Part shown: positions 50,551-62,901 of the stretch, piece by piece
How positions within the stretch are numbered: the first letter of the stretch is position 1
Layout: each line of letters begins with the position of its first letter
From: Mobula hypostoma
Lineage: Eukaryota
DNA length: 64,000 nt
Direction of reading: 5' to 3'
NCBI RefSeq assembly: GCF_963921235.1
Contig: NC_086107.1
Location: 92,816,001-92,880,000, forward strand
The notes under the pieces: model-generated
What the model saw: the letters and a program-made list of their open reading frames with translations, nothing else
The model's database searches: none
Told to the model about the DNA's origin: nothing
Translations under genes and position numbers: made by a program

Positions 50551-50764
50551 GACAAGAGAAAATCTGCAGATGTTGGAAATCTGAGCGACGTGCACAAGAT
50601 ACCGGAGGAACTCAGCGGGACGGGCGGGACCTATGGGAAAAAAGTACAGCTGAAGTTGCGGGCCAAAACCCTTCGGCAGGTTTCGGCCCAAAATGTTGAC
50701 GGCATGCTTTTCCCTAAATGCTGCCTGGCTTGCCGAGTTCCTCCAGCGTTTTGTGTGTGTTGCT
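50551..50764. mobile_element. Fold-back Penelope terminal-repeat element
   Basis: TSD aacactacctcact at 50537-50550 and 50765-50778; two inverted terminal-repeat arms meeting within the hammerhead stem II. Confidence 0.9.
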
Positions 50765-51159
50765 AACACTACCTCACTATTTCTTTTAGATTTTTAACAA
50801 TATTTCGTATTTCTACTTAGAGCAATCTTTTTATATATTACACTGCATTGCTGCTGCAAAACAACAAATTTTATTTGTCAGTGATAATGAACCTGACTCT
50901 CTGATCTCCAACATATGAACAGCGGGTCGGAGCAGAGGGGCTGATTATCAGCTACAGGAAGACTTTGACCTGCAGGGCAATAACTTCTCTTATCTCTACA
51001 CCTTTTGTGATGGATTCAGCCAAACACTTCATACTTTTGTTGGATGGGGGGTGGATTAAGTTGTCCAGATGGTTCCTCAGAAGTAAAGAATGAGGCTCAA
51101 TCCTGACAGTCCCACTTGTGTTATTGGATGTGCATCATCATACAGGTCAGATTGCAAGC

Positions 51160-51430
51160 ACCATGGTAGTCTAGTGGTTAGCCCATTGCTATTACCACTC
51201 AGGTGTCCTGGAGTTCAGAGTTCAGTTCCAGCACTGTCCATGACAAGTTTGCGCGTTCTCCTCATGAATTGCGTGGGTTTCCTCCTGGTGCTCCAGTTTC
51301 CTCCCACAGTCCAAAGACGTAGGTTAACTGGTCATGGTAAAATGTCCTTTGTTAAATAGGTGGGTTGCTGGGCAGTGTTTCTCATTGGGCCAGAAAAGCT
51401 TGCTCCTCGCTGAATTTCTGAATGAAAATA
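51160..51430 (+). mobile_element. V-SINE
   Basis: gcgtgggtttcctcctggtgctccagtttcctcccacagtccaaagac. Confidence 0.8.
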
Positions 51431-52315
51431 AATTTTAAAAAATACGGAGCAAAACGAATAAAGAGAAACGAAAGGAACAAAGAACTAAAGACTAGACATG
51501 GTCACTTTTTGTACAGCAAGCATACTCCAATAGGAACAGTCTGTGAGACAGCAAGGACAGTCCTGATTTACACAGCCATGATATCTCAGGCTCACTGACG
51601 AAAACACTACAAAAGGAACTGATAACTGAAAATCTGAACATTTACAGGCAAACTGGTGATTATGTAACATATAAGAGAAGATAACTTTTCTTTATTCTTA
51701 GATGAAAGAAAAATAAAGGGCTATTTCGGAGGGAAGGTTGAGAATAATTTTGGAGTAGGTTGCGATTGTTCTAGGAGCACGCTCAAGAATGTCCTGACCA
51801 GCTGCATTGCTGTCTGGTAGAGAAATCACAAGGCATCTGATGGCAAGACCCTACAAAGGGTTGTGAGGACTGCTGAAAGGAGCATCAGTCTCTTCCCCTC
51901 CTTCAGAGATATTTACTAGAATCACGGTGTACGCAAGGCCCCTACTATAGTCAATGATCCCTCCCATCCATCTCACAATCTCTTTGACTCCCTACCATCA
52001 GGCAGGAAGTATCATAGCATTAGGACAAGGACTGTTAAGATAGGAAACAGCTTCTTCCCTAAGGCTGTGAGACTACTGAACTCCCTGCTACCACCAAGTC
52101 TCACCACATATGAAGTGCCAGCAAAGTTATTGTTCTGGCCACTAAAGGTACAGTTCATTTTGTTTGAATGTCACTTCCTGTACACAAGGCTCTTTTTTTA
52201 TGATAATTTCCTGAAGAGGTTAATTTGGATTGAACTTGAAGCTCACGGCAGAAAGACATCCATCTACATTTTCTCTTTATTTGCCCTTGAAATAGCAAAA
52301 TCTATGTATCTTAAG

Positions 52316-53598
52316 CAATGTTCCCTCTAATTTTTAGTAGTCAGTGTGAGCAAAAATCTTATGTTGTGCAAATTTTTTTCCTGTGACAAAAGTACGTGCA
52401 CACTGAATGCACACATGGCACAGTTTCTGCAGGTTTACAAAATATCTGACATAAAACTGCACAGAATAACAACAAAATAACATACATATTTAAGTCACTC
52501 AGTTATTTTTCCTCTCTCCTGTCTTTGGCATTTAGCTTTTGATTCCCATTAACATGTCCAAATGACATTCACCTAAACGGTTTCTCAGCTTGTTTTTGAG
52601 TTGATTCATTGGGCTAAAACCTCACTCACAGTCCGCACTAGACACAAGAAAGGTTCCCCAATGTCCATCAACTATGCAAGGTTGCAAAACTGTTCATTTT
52701 GAAGTACAAATGCCACCATTTGAGCAAAGTTTGAAATCAGTTTGGATTTAATTTTTTTCTTGCACGGAAAATTTGAAATCATTAAACTGTCAACCTATTA
52801 CAGTATTTTCAGCTAGAAAATCATGATACTTTAGACATAAGGCATTAACTTGTTCATCGCCGAAAGTGAAGTCATAATCTGCAATTGCGGAGAAATCAAA
52901 AGCTGACCATTCTAGTACCTCATCTCCTGGAAACCTTTCTTCTAAATGAGCACAAAGACAACAGCGAACTTGATTCAACTGTGATGTTTTCTTCACGTTG
53001 TTGGCTTAGCAAAACTTTAACTTTGTCACTCCATGAAACATTGTCTCCCAGATACTGCTTTCTTATCTTGTTAATTTTGCCTCGTGCAAAATGAAGTGAA
53101 TCCATCAGTGTCAGGCCACTCTTTTGTAGAATCTTGCACAGTGCAGCCAGTTCATCAAAGACATCACTTAAAACCTGTAAAACTACTTTGTATGTGATGT
53201 TTATCAATTTCTTGTGACAGTATTTAGCCACAGGGTCATTTGACTGATCTTTTTCAATAAAAACTTAGTAAGCTATCTACAAGATTTGAAACAGATCTTT
53301 GTAAACTTTATGATATGAACATTGTCCGCCAAAGATGGCTGCTGCCATGATGCAGCTGTACAAACCGGAATAGGAAAGTTGAGGTGACGTAAATTAGTGA
53401 CATGCATTGTGGTATTTGAAAAACCGACTAACTAGTTAACAGAAACATTTAGCTAAAAGATTATTTTCAATAAGTATCATTATTAATTACTACATTGTTT
53501 TAGGTAACTAACCTTTTGTGCACACATTAATTTCCTTTGTGCGCTGATTGAAAAACGTGTGTGCATGCGCACACGTGCACAGCTTAGAGGGAACATAG
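52316..53598 (-). mobile_element. Internally deleted hAT DNA transposon (ZNF862-like transposase C-terminus)
   Basis: TIR caatgttccctctaa / ttagagggaacatag; 8-bp TSD atcttaag at 52308-52315 and 53599-53606; dimerisation motif VSSADCE*GFSPMNQLKNKLRNRL. Confidence 0.9.
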
Positions 53599-53606
53599 AT
53601 CTTAAG

Positions 53607-56330
53607 TTTTGTTAATGTCGGCAAACATTTAGTAGATATATTTTGAAGGAAGTATGTTTATTGTTTATCATTATTACGATATCATTGCACCGAGTTTACT
53701 CTTGTTTACACGGCATAGGTATGGACTGTTGCATGAGTGTATTACCTTGGTGAATACTATTGTGAGAATAATCGACAGTATTAATATATTCAGGTGTGCG
53801 ATGATTCTGTATTGAATTTAATATGCATTTTACTTAATTTTCTGAGTTTCACAAGTAAGATTTCATTAAGAGTGCTGAAGCAAGCTTCCTTCTCCGATGA
53901 TTTTTGAGAAGGTGTTTAACTCACTGCATAGCTTTGTACATATGCATTGTGAGGGCAGTGGAGTGAAAGATAACTTGTTTACAAGCACAACTTGAGATGC
54001 AAATGGAGAAAGCTCACAAAAACATGAAGAAACCTTGTATAGACATGGAGAAAGCATGTGTAAACATTGAAAAACACGTATAGGCATGAAGAAAACATGT
54101 AGAAACTACATTAAGTACACTTAAGGAAGAGCGTGAAACTGGGGCTGCATTAGCAGAGGCAAAGGTGTATGAATCAGCCTCTGACCTAGACAGTGATGAG
54201 TCTATAACCAAAATCAATCATCCTTTGCCATCACAACAGCCAATGCAGCTTACTAAAGAATATGTTCAAATGCAGTTTGTCTGAAAAAAAAAGACAGTGC
54301 TCCAGCTCTACAAGGAGAAGCTGTCCAGCCAACTTGCCTTTCACATTGTTCAGATATCGACAGTCAAGGTCTACAACAGCAAAGATCCACAACATCCCCT
54401 TCTGTAGTTTCATCACAGTAAAGACTTCAGTCAATGACGCCAATCCCATCTGAACAGACATGATCAGACTGAACTTCCCTCCACCCTGGGACAAACATCT
54501 GGCAAACTAGTCTCCACAATTCTCTCATTCAGGAGCTGCAGATGCAAATCTGGCTTGTCGAGACCTAGTCACAGGGAGACTAAAAGTGTTTGACAGCCAG
54601 TCTACTGGTTATCTGTCCTGAAAGTCAAGCTGTCGCAATACTGTGGAATGAGTGAGCCTCAAACCTGGTGAAGAGGTAGACCTTCTCTGTAAGTAGCCTG
54701 GTGCAGAGTCACTGCAACATGCAAGAAGGATTAAGGCAGTTCACATTAATAATTCAGCTAAGTGCTTACAAATGTTGTGGCAAAAGCCGGACAAATGCTA
54801 TGGCTCTCCAGGGGCAACAAATCTCTCTTCAGTAGACCTGATGATTTCCCAAAGCTCTCACATAAACAATCTCGGAAGCTGCTGGACCTTGCAGATCTCT
54901 TGTCAGAACTGCAAGCCCCAAATCTAAGGATTCCCTACTAGGACTGAGTCACTTGGACGCAAACCCTATCGTGGAGAAGCTAACAAACAATATGCAAGAA
55001 CAGTAGATAACGGACAAATTCAGGTATACAATGAAGTATCATATCCCCATCTGCCATTTTCGTTCTTTGTGGAGTTCAACAGCATCCATGCAGAACTACA
55101 AAATGATGCTAGTTTTATGCTCATAACTTCCAGCAGCACCTCATTCAAAGAAAGGTCTCTGACAAACACATGGAAAACCAAAACCCCTGTCACGATCGAC
55201 AAAACTGAAGTAGAAAGCTCTGTCACGAACACTGATAGACAACGCTCTGTCCATCAGAAACCTCACCCCTTAGGGAAATGCAGAAGATTCGGAGAAAAGA
55301 TGCTCCCGGATTGAAAACAATTTCTAAAAGAGCACTCAATATGTTTCAAATGTTGTGCTTCAACAGCACACTGGGCAGAAGGCTAAAAAGCTGTCAGATA
55401 CTGTGCTGAGTACAACAGTGACCAGCATATATCAGCATTTCATTCAGGGCCGGCACCTTGGGCTATTACTGAATCCAACACACCCACAACAGAGCACAGC
55501 TGGGAGCCAGCTGTGCATCCATCAGATGTAGCTGCTTCCTCATGCACAGAGGGATATGGGAAAGGATTCCAAGGCAAATCCAGCTCTAAAATATATCAAG
55601 CCAACACCTATCCAAAAGTCTGCTCAGGGTCCTCATGTGCTTCAGAAATGAATTGAATTAAATTGACTTTATTACTTCCATCCTTCATATACATGAGGAG
55701 TAAAAATCTTTCTGTTACATCTCCATCTAAATGTGTAATGTGCAATTTATAGTAATTTATAATAAATAGTATGTACCACATAACTGTCAATATAACAGAA
55801 ATACAGTTGTATCAGCAGGAATTAATCAGTCTGATGGACTGGTGGAAGAAGCTGTCCCGGAGCCTTTTGGTCCTGGCTTTTATGCTGCAGTACTGTTTTC
55901 TAGATGGTAGCAGCTGGAACAGTTTGTGGTTGGGGTGACTTGGGTCTCCAATGATCCCTTGGGCCCTTTTGACACAACTGTCTTTGTGAATGTCCTGAAT
56001 AGTGGGAAGTTCATATCTACAGATGCGCTGGGCTGTCTGCACCACTCTCTGCAGAGTCCTGCGATTGAGGGAAGTACAGATTGAGGGAAATGAGTCAGCC
56101 AAAATGATGGAAGGCATTGAGGAAATATTCCATGGCTTTCTAGTGAGAGAAGACCATCAATACGACCTCGAAATCTTGTGGTTTTGCGACCACCAACTAG
56201 CCAATAAGATTCTGAAGTAGCGCATGAGAGTGCATGCATTTGGTAACTGTCCCTCCTCAGCTATGCCAATCTATGGCCTTAAGAGTACAGAGAAGGTATT
56301 TGGGACTGAAGCACAGTGGTACAGTCCATA
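53607..56330 (+). mobile_element. BEL/Pao LTR retrotransposon remnant, with a Rex insert at about 55648-56085
   Basis: Gag Cys/His cluster HQKPHPLGKC...ICFKCCASTAH...CAEYNSDQHISAFH; RT fragment FHGFLVREDH...LWF...RMRVHAFGNCPSSA. Confidence 0.8.
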
Positions 56331-56440
56331 GGTAATCATTTTCTGGTGCAGAAGAAGCAGCCAGCATACTGAAAGCAGCTGAATTATAGGTCGAATCAAA
56401 AGTGGTGATGAATCAGCATATAAGAGGGAGATTGAAAATC

Positions 56441-57845
56441 AGAATCAGGTTTCATTCCACTGGTAAATGTCGTGAAATTTGTTAACTTAGCAGCAGTATA
56501 ATGCAATACATGATAATATAGAAAAAAAAAGTAAATCAATTATAGTAAGTATATATATGAATATTAAGTAGTTAAATTAAAACTAGTGCAAAAACAGAAA
56601 TAATAAAAGTGAGGTAGTATTCATGGGTCTAATGTCTGGTTAGAAAGCAGATGGCAGAGGGGAAGAAGCTATTCCTGAATCGCTGAGTGTGTGCCTTCAG
56701 TTTTATGTACCACCTGCCTGGTGGTATCAATGAGAAGAGGTAGGTCCTCGGTGGTGGAGGTCCTTAATAATGGACCTTCTTTCCGGTCCTTGAAGATGCC
56801 TTGGATATTATGGAGGCCAATACCCAATATGGAGATGACTAATTTTACAACTTTCTGCAGCTCCTTTCAATCCTGTGCATTAGCTCCCCCCCAAACCCCA
56901 CTTTCCAGACAGTGATGCAGCCTGTCAGAATGCTCTCCATGGTACATCTTTAGAAGTTTTTGAGTATTTTAGGTGACAAGCCAAATCTCCTCAAACTCCT
57001 AATGAAATACAGCTGCTGGCTTGCTTTCTTTATAGTTGCATCGATATGTTGGGACCAGGTTAGATCCTTAGAGATCTTGACACCCAGGAACTTGAAATTG
57101 CTCACTCTCTCCACTTCTGATTCCTCTAATGAAGATTGGTTCATGTTTCCTTGTCCTATCCTTTCTGAAGTCCACAATCATCTCTTTGATCTTACTGACA
57201 TTGAATGCAAGGTTGTTGCTGTGACATCACTCAACAATATATCTCACTCCTGTACATTCACTCATCTCCATCTAAGATTCTGCCAGCAATGGTTGTATCA
57301 AAAGCAAATTTATAGCCTAGCCACACATTCATGATTATAGAGAGTAGAGCAGTGGGCTAAGCACACATCCTTGAGGTGCACCAGTGTTGATCGTCAGTGA
57401 GGAGGAGATATTATTACCAATCCGCATAGGTTGTGGTCTTCCAGTTAGGAAGCTGAGGATCCAATTGCAGAGGGGGGTACAGAGGTCCAGGTTCTGTAGC
57501 TTATCAACCAGGACTGCAGGAATGATGGTGTTAAATGCCGAGCTATAGTCAATAAACAGCATTGTGACATAGGTATTTTTATTTTAGAGGTGACCTGAGG
57601 CTGTGTGAAAAACCATTGAGATTGTGTCTGCTGTTGACTTATTGTGGAGGTAGGCAAATTGCAGTGGGTCCAGGTTCTTGCTGAGGCAAGAGTTGTTTCT
57701 GGCCATGACCAACTTCTCAAAGCATTTCATCACCGCAGATGTGGGTGCTACTGGGTGATAGTCATTAAGGCAGCTCACACTACCCTTCTTGGGCACCGGT
57801 ATAATTGTTACCCCTTTCAAGTGGATGGGAATTTCAGCCTGTTGA
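56441..57845 (-). mobile_element. Rex-Babar LINE nested antisense within another Rex copy (host about 56380-56440 and 57846-58430, + strand)
   Basis: TSD gag(a/g)ttgaaaatc at 56428-56440 and 57846-57858; [23 protein letters not shown]. Confidence 0.85.
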
Positions 57846-58809
57846 GAGGTTGAAAATCTGGTTGAGTGGTACCACAACAACAACCTCTCACTCAATGTCA
57901 GCAAGACCAAGGAGCTGATTACTGACTGCAGGAGGAGGAAACCAGAGGTCCATGAACCAGTCCTCATCAGGGGATCTGAGGTGGAGAGGGTCAGCAACTT
58001 TAAATTTCTCTGTGTTATCATTTCAGAGGACTTGCCCGGTGCCCAGCACCAAAGCACAATTACAAAGAAAGTATGGCAGTGCTGGCAGTGCCTCTACTTC
58101 CTTAGAAGTTTGCAAACATTTCAAACTTTGACAAACTTCTATAGCTGTGTGGTGGAGAGTTGTGTCACAGCCCGGTACAGAAACATTAATATCCTTGAAT
58201 GGAAAATCCTACAAAAAGCGGTGGATACGGCCTGATCCATCATGGGTAAAGCCCTCCCACCATAGAGCAGGAAAGCAGCATCCATCATCAAGGACACCCA
58301 CCACTCAAGCCATGCTCCTTTCTCACGACTGCCGTCAGGGAGAAGGTCCAGGAGCCTTGGGACCCACACCACCAAGTTCAGGAACTGAAGCATCAGGCTC
58401 TTGAACCAGAGAAGATAACTTTATTTAACTTCACTCGCCCCATCACTGAACTGTTCCCACTCATATAACAGAGTTGACTGGTCATATTTTAGATCTGGAT
58501 TTGCCTTGTAACCCTTTCCCATATATCTCTGTAGAAATGGTTCTGATGGATACTCAACAGGCCCCCCCCAACCCCCGTGCTCTGCTGTGGACGTACTGGA
58601 ACCAGTGGTAGACTGGCTATAACTCTATAACAGTGTTATACTGTTTACTTTTTAACTTGTGTTGTAAATGCACCACATTATTTGATCCTTATTTGTGGTA
58701 ATATTACTTTATGTCTTGTTTATGTATATGTGTGAGAAGTATTTGAACTGTGTTGTGCACCGTGGTCTGGAGGAACGATGCTTTGCTTGGAGGTGCACAT
58801 GTGTACAGT

Positions 58810-59100
58810 TCTTATCCTTCTTATCTATCACCCCTACTGGAGCATAGGCCACCAACATCAGCTCGCCAGGGTCTTCTGTCCTGGGCCAAGAGAAGGATGA
58901 TCAGCCCTGTGGCCTTTACTTTCACCACATGACTTCATACTTCTTCTGGGAAGTGATCCTTCCTCTCCTAGGGATGAGGTCTTTTGAGCTTCTACTGGCA
59001 TTTCTGTAGCTCTGGGTTTTTATTGGATGGGGTTGCTAGCCCCACGGCCAAACCTCTTTCTTTCACAGCCAGACTTGGGACCGTCCATGGCAGAGTTGCG
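58810..59100 (-). mobile_element. Short RTE-like non-autonomous element
   Basis: Reverse-complement similarity to 29035-29210. Confidence 0.55.
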
Positions 59101-60376
59101 TGTACGGTTGAATGAGAATAAACTTAAACTTGAACTTGAAGGGTTGACACAACACTGTGGGCCACAGGACCGGTGGTGTACTGTACTGTTCTTTGTTCTA
59201 TATGCATAAAAAGTTAACAATTTAGCCCCTAATGCAACACTTGTTTCGGTGGCAACCGAACAGGAGTAATACAATCCTGTGCAGTACTGGGCAGAAAATT
59301 TGTTTTCAGCTCCTATTTTTGGACAACATAACCGGAGGCAATGGAATTTTTTTTCTTTTCTGTACATTGAACCTCTGCCACAGCTCCTGTCTGTGCACAG
59401 TACAAAAGTAAAGACTTCATTCCCAGCTGATCGACCTCCAAAAGACGTACAGGTTACGGATAATAAGTTGTGGGCATGCACGTTGCACATTGGTTGTTTG
59501 TCAGTCTTTGTGTGTAGTTTTTCACTGATTCTATTGTATTTCTTTGCTCTACTGTGAAAGCCTGCAAGAAAATGAATCTCAAGGTAGCTTATGGTGACAT
59601 ATACGTACATACAGTACTTTGATACAAATTTCTTTTGAACGTTGCTATGTTGGTGTTGGAAGCATGGCATCACTTCCAACTTCCCCCAGCACATCTGCAG
59701 ACTGTGTTGGTCATTGATGCAAAGTAATGCACTTTACTGTATATTTCAATATTTTGATGCACATGTGACAAATAAAGCTAATCTTTAATCCTTAAACTAC
59801 CAGCTTTGCCAGTGAAATGGGGGGGGGGGGGGCATCAACTGCTGGAATTACACCCAGCTTCAGTGAACAAACAATTAATTTCTCCTAAAATGTTGGCCGT
59901 TTCATTCAGGCATCACTTCTTACATGGCTGGCTGCATCACTACTTGACTTGTCAATCCCAAGTCTCAAACTCCAGTAATTGCTAGTAAATTATCTGACTC
60001 TTTTCACCATTTTCAAAGCAATGGGAGTAACAGTTATTTGCAAATCTGCCTTCTGGGTGAAATCTCTCAACAACACGGATCTGGCAGGCAATTTGTTCCC
60101 TTTGCTTTTTGCTTTGCAGGGAGAAGAAAAGAACATTTCAACATCCAGGCTTGTCAGATCTTTTACAGGGAACCTAATGCATGAGAGCACAAACTCACCC
60201 CTCATGATTCTAACCTGCCACTATATAAAGTGAACCAATAGCCTCATTATCTGCTCATTTTAACAGCCCGCGTACTCCTTGATCTGTTAAAATTTCGGGA
60301 GTAGAACACTACAGCACAGACAGGCCCACAATATTATGCCGACCTTCCAGTCTACTCAAAATTCAACCTAACCCTG

Positions 60377-60505
60377 AACAGGAGAAAATCTGCAGACTCT
60401 GGAAATCTGAAGCAACAGACACAAGATGTTGGAAGAACTCAGCGAGCCAGGCAGTGTCTACGGAAAAGAGTAAACAGTTGATGTTTTGTCTGTTTCATCA
60501 GGACT
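60377..60505 (-). mobile_element. Penelope terminal-repeat mini-insert with decayed hammerhead
   Basis: tctgcagactctggaaatc...catcaggact. Confidence 0.75.
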
Positions 60506-60600
60506 AGGACTCTTCCCTCTTACAAAGCCCCCACTTTTATATCACCTATGTGCCTATCTAATTGTCTCTTAAATGCCTGTAATGTATCTGCCTCTATCAC

Positions 60601-62901
60601 CAGAATCAGAATCAGGTTTAGTATCACTAAATCAGGTTTAAGTTAAAAAAAAAGTGCAAAAAGAGAAAAAAAATGTAGTGAGATAGTGTTCATCGGTTCA
60701 ATGTCCATTCAGAAATCGAATGGCAGAGTGGAAGAAGCTGTTCCTGAATTGCTGAGTGTGTGCCTTCAGGCTTCTGTACCTTCTCCCTGATGGTAGCAAT
60801 GAGAAGAGGTCACGTCCTGGGTGATGGAGGTCTTTAGTGATAGATGCTGCCTTTTTGAGGCATCGCCTTTTGATCATGCTTCGATGCTGAGACTGGCTGA
60901 GTTTGCAACTTTCTACAGCTTTTTCCAATAAAGCAGTGGCTTCTCCATACCAGAGGGTGATGCAACCAGTTAGAATGATCTCCACAGTACATCTGGAGAA
61001 ATTTGCGAGTGTCTTTGGTGACATACCAAACCTCCAAAATAATAACACTTAGGAATTTAAAGTTGCTAACCGTCTCCATCTCTGATCCCCTGTTGAGGAC
61101 TGGCTCAAGGACCTCTGGCTTCCTTCTCCTGAAGTCCATAATCAGTTCCTTGGTCCTGCTGGCATTACTGCAAGAGGTTGTTGTTCTGGCAGCACTCAGT
61201 CAGATTTTCAATCTACCTCCTATATGCTGCTTTATCACCTCTTTGATTCAGCCTACGACTGTGAGGTCATCAGCAAACTTGAATATGGCATTGGAGTTGT
61301 GCTTAGCCACAAAGTCATAAATGCAAAGCAGGTAGAGCAGGGGGCTGGGCACACAGCCTTATGGTGCACCTATGCAGATGGAGATCGTAGAGAAGATGTT
61401 GTTGCCAATCTGAACTGACTGTAGTCTGCAAATGCAAGGATCCAATTGCGCAGAGGTGTGGAGGCCAAGGACTTGGAGTGTATTGATTAGTTTTGAGTGG
61501 ATAATGACATTAAATTCTGAGCTGTAGTCGATAAAGAGCATCCTGATGAATACACCTTTGCTGTCTAGATGTTCCAGGGTTGAGTGAAGAGCAGTTGCTA
61601 TGGACCTGTTGCTCCAGCAGGCAAGTTGGAGTGGATCTAAATCACTTCTCAGGGAGGCGTTGGTATGTTTCATCACCAGCCTCTCAGGATGCTTCATCAC
61701 TGTGGTTGTAAGTGCTACTGGGCGATAGTCATTGAGGCAGGTCACCATGCTCTTCTTAGGCTCTAGTGCAATTGAAGCCTGCTTGAAGCAAGTGGGTACC
61801 GCACACTCCATTTCAGAGTGTGTATGAAAGGCATTGAGCTCATCTGGGAGTGAAGTATCACAGCCATTCATGATATTATGTTTCACTTTGTAGGAAATAA
61901 TAGCCTGCAAACCCTGCCAGAGCTGATGCACGTCCAATTCTGTCTCTAATCTGATTTGGAATTGTCTCTTCGCCCTTAAATTAAGCCTTCCGTAGGTCGT
62001 ACCTGGACTTCCTGTATAGTTCTGGATCATTAGTCCTGAATGCCACAGATCTAGCCCTCAGCAGACTACAAATATCCTGGTTCATCAACAGCTATTGGCT
62101 TGGGTACGTCCGGTATGTTCTCAAAGGCACACACTCATCCACACAGCTCTTGTTGAAATGGTGATAACAGGGATGTATTCTTTCAGACTCGAAGATGAAT
62201 CCTTGAATATTGTCCAATCCACCAAATCAAATCAATCCTTTGAGCACTCCTTCACTTCCCTTGACCATACCTTCTTGGTGCTCACCACTGGTGCTGTGGT
62301 CTTCAGTTTATGTCTTTATGCTGGGAGTGAGGTCTAGCCAGGTGATTGCACTTTCAAAGTGTCAGCATAGGATGGCATGGTGTGCGTTCAAGTTGATGGT
62401 ATAACGGCGATCAAGTGTGTTGGCTCCTCTGTTTCCACAGACAATATGCTGGTGGGGGTTGTTCAGAGACCTCTTCAAACTGATTGAAATCCCCCACAAT
62501 GATAGGGAAGGGATCAGGACTCCCAACTTCATGCCTGCTGACTGCATTGCTTAGCAAATCCAGTGCCTGCCTATGTTGGCCTGAGGTGGAATGTAACAGC
62601 TACCAAGATGATGGCGCAATAGTCCCTTGGCAGGTAAAATGGATGGCATTTGAATGTTCCTGGTTGGTTGAGCGGGACTGAGACAGAACTGCCATTTCTT
62701 TGCACCATGTGGAGTTAATCATTAAACATGTTCCATCTCCTCTGCCTTTAAAAAACTAATCTGTCCTGTCTTTACAGAGAATGGTGAAGCTATTGGGCTG
62801 CAGCGCTGCGTCCAAAATTGTCAATGTAAGCCATGTTTCCATGAAGCAAAGTACACAGCAGTCCCTGATGTCACTTTGGTACAGCAATCCTGCTCTGAGG
62901 T
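60601..62901 (-). mobile_element. Decayed Rex-Babar LINE (endonuclease + RT)
   Basis: [41 protein letters not shown]. Confidence 0.85.

Noticed and set aside
52316..53598. Host ZNF862-like gene
   Set aside because: TIRs, 8-bp TSD, internal deletion and stops mark it as a transposon
59243..59256. RFX X-box-like motif gtttcggtggcaac
   Set aside because: Imperfect short match that could occur by chance
3001..60505. Recurrent gctggaggaactcagc repeat as a CRISPR-like array
   Set aside because: Dispersed, in both orientations and without regular spacers; these are PLE termini in a vertebrate genome
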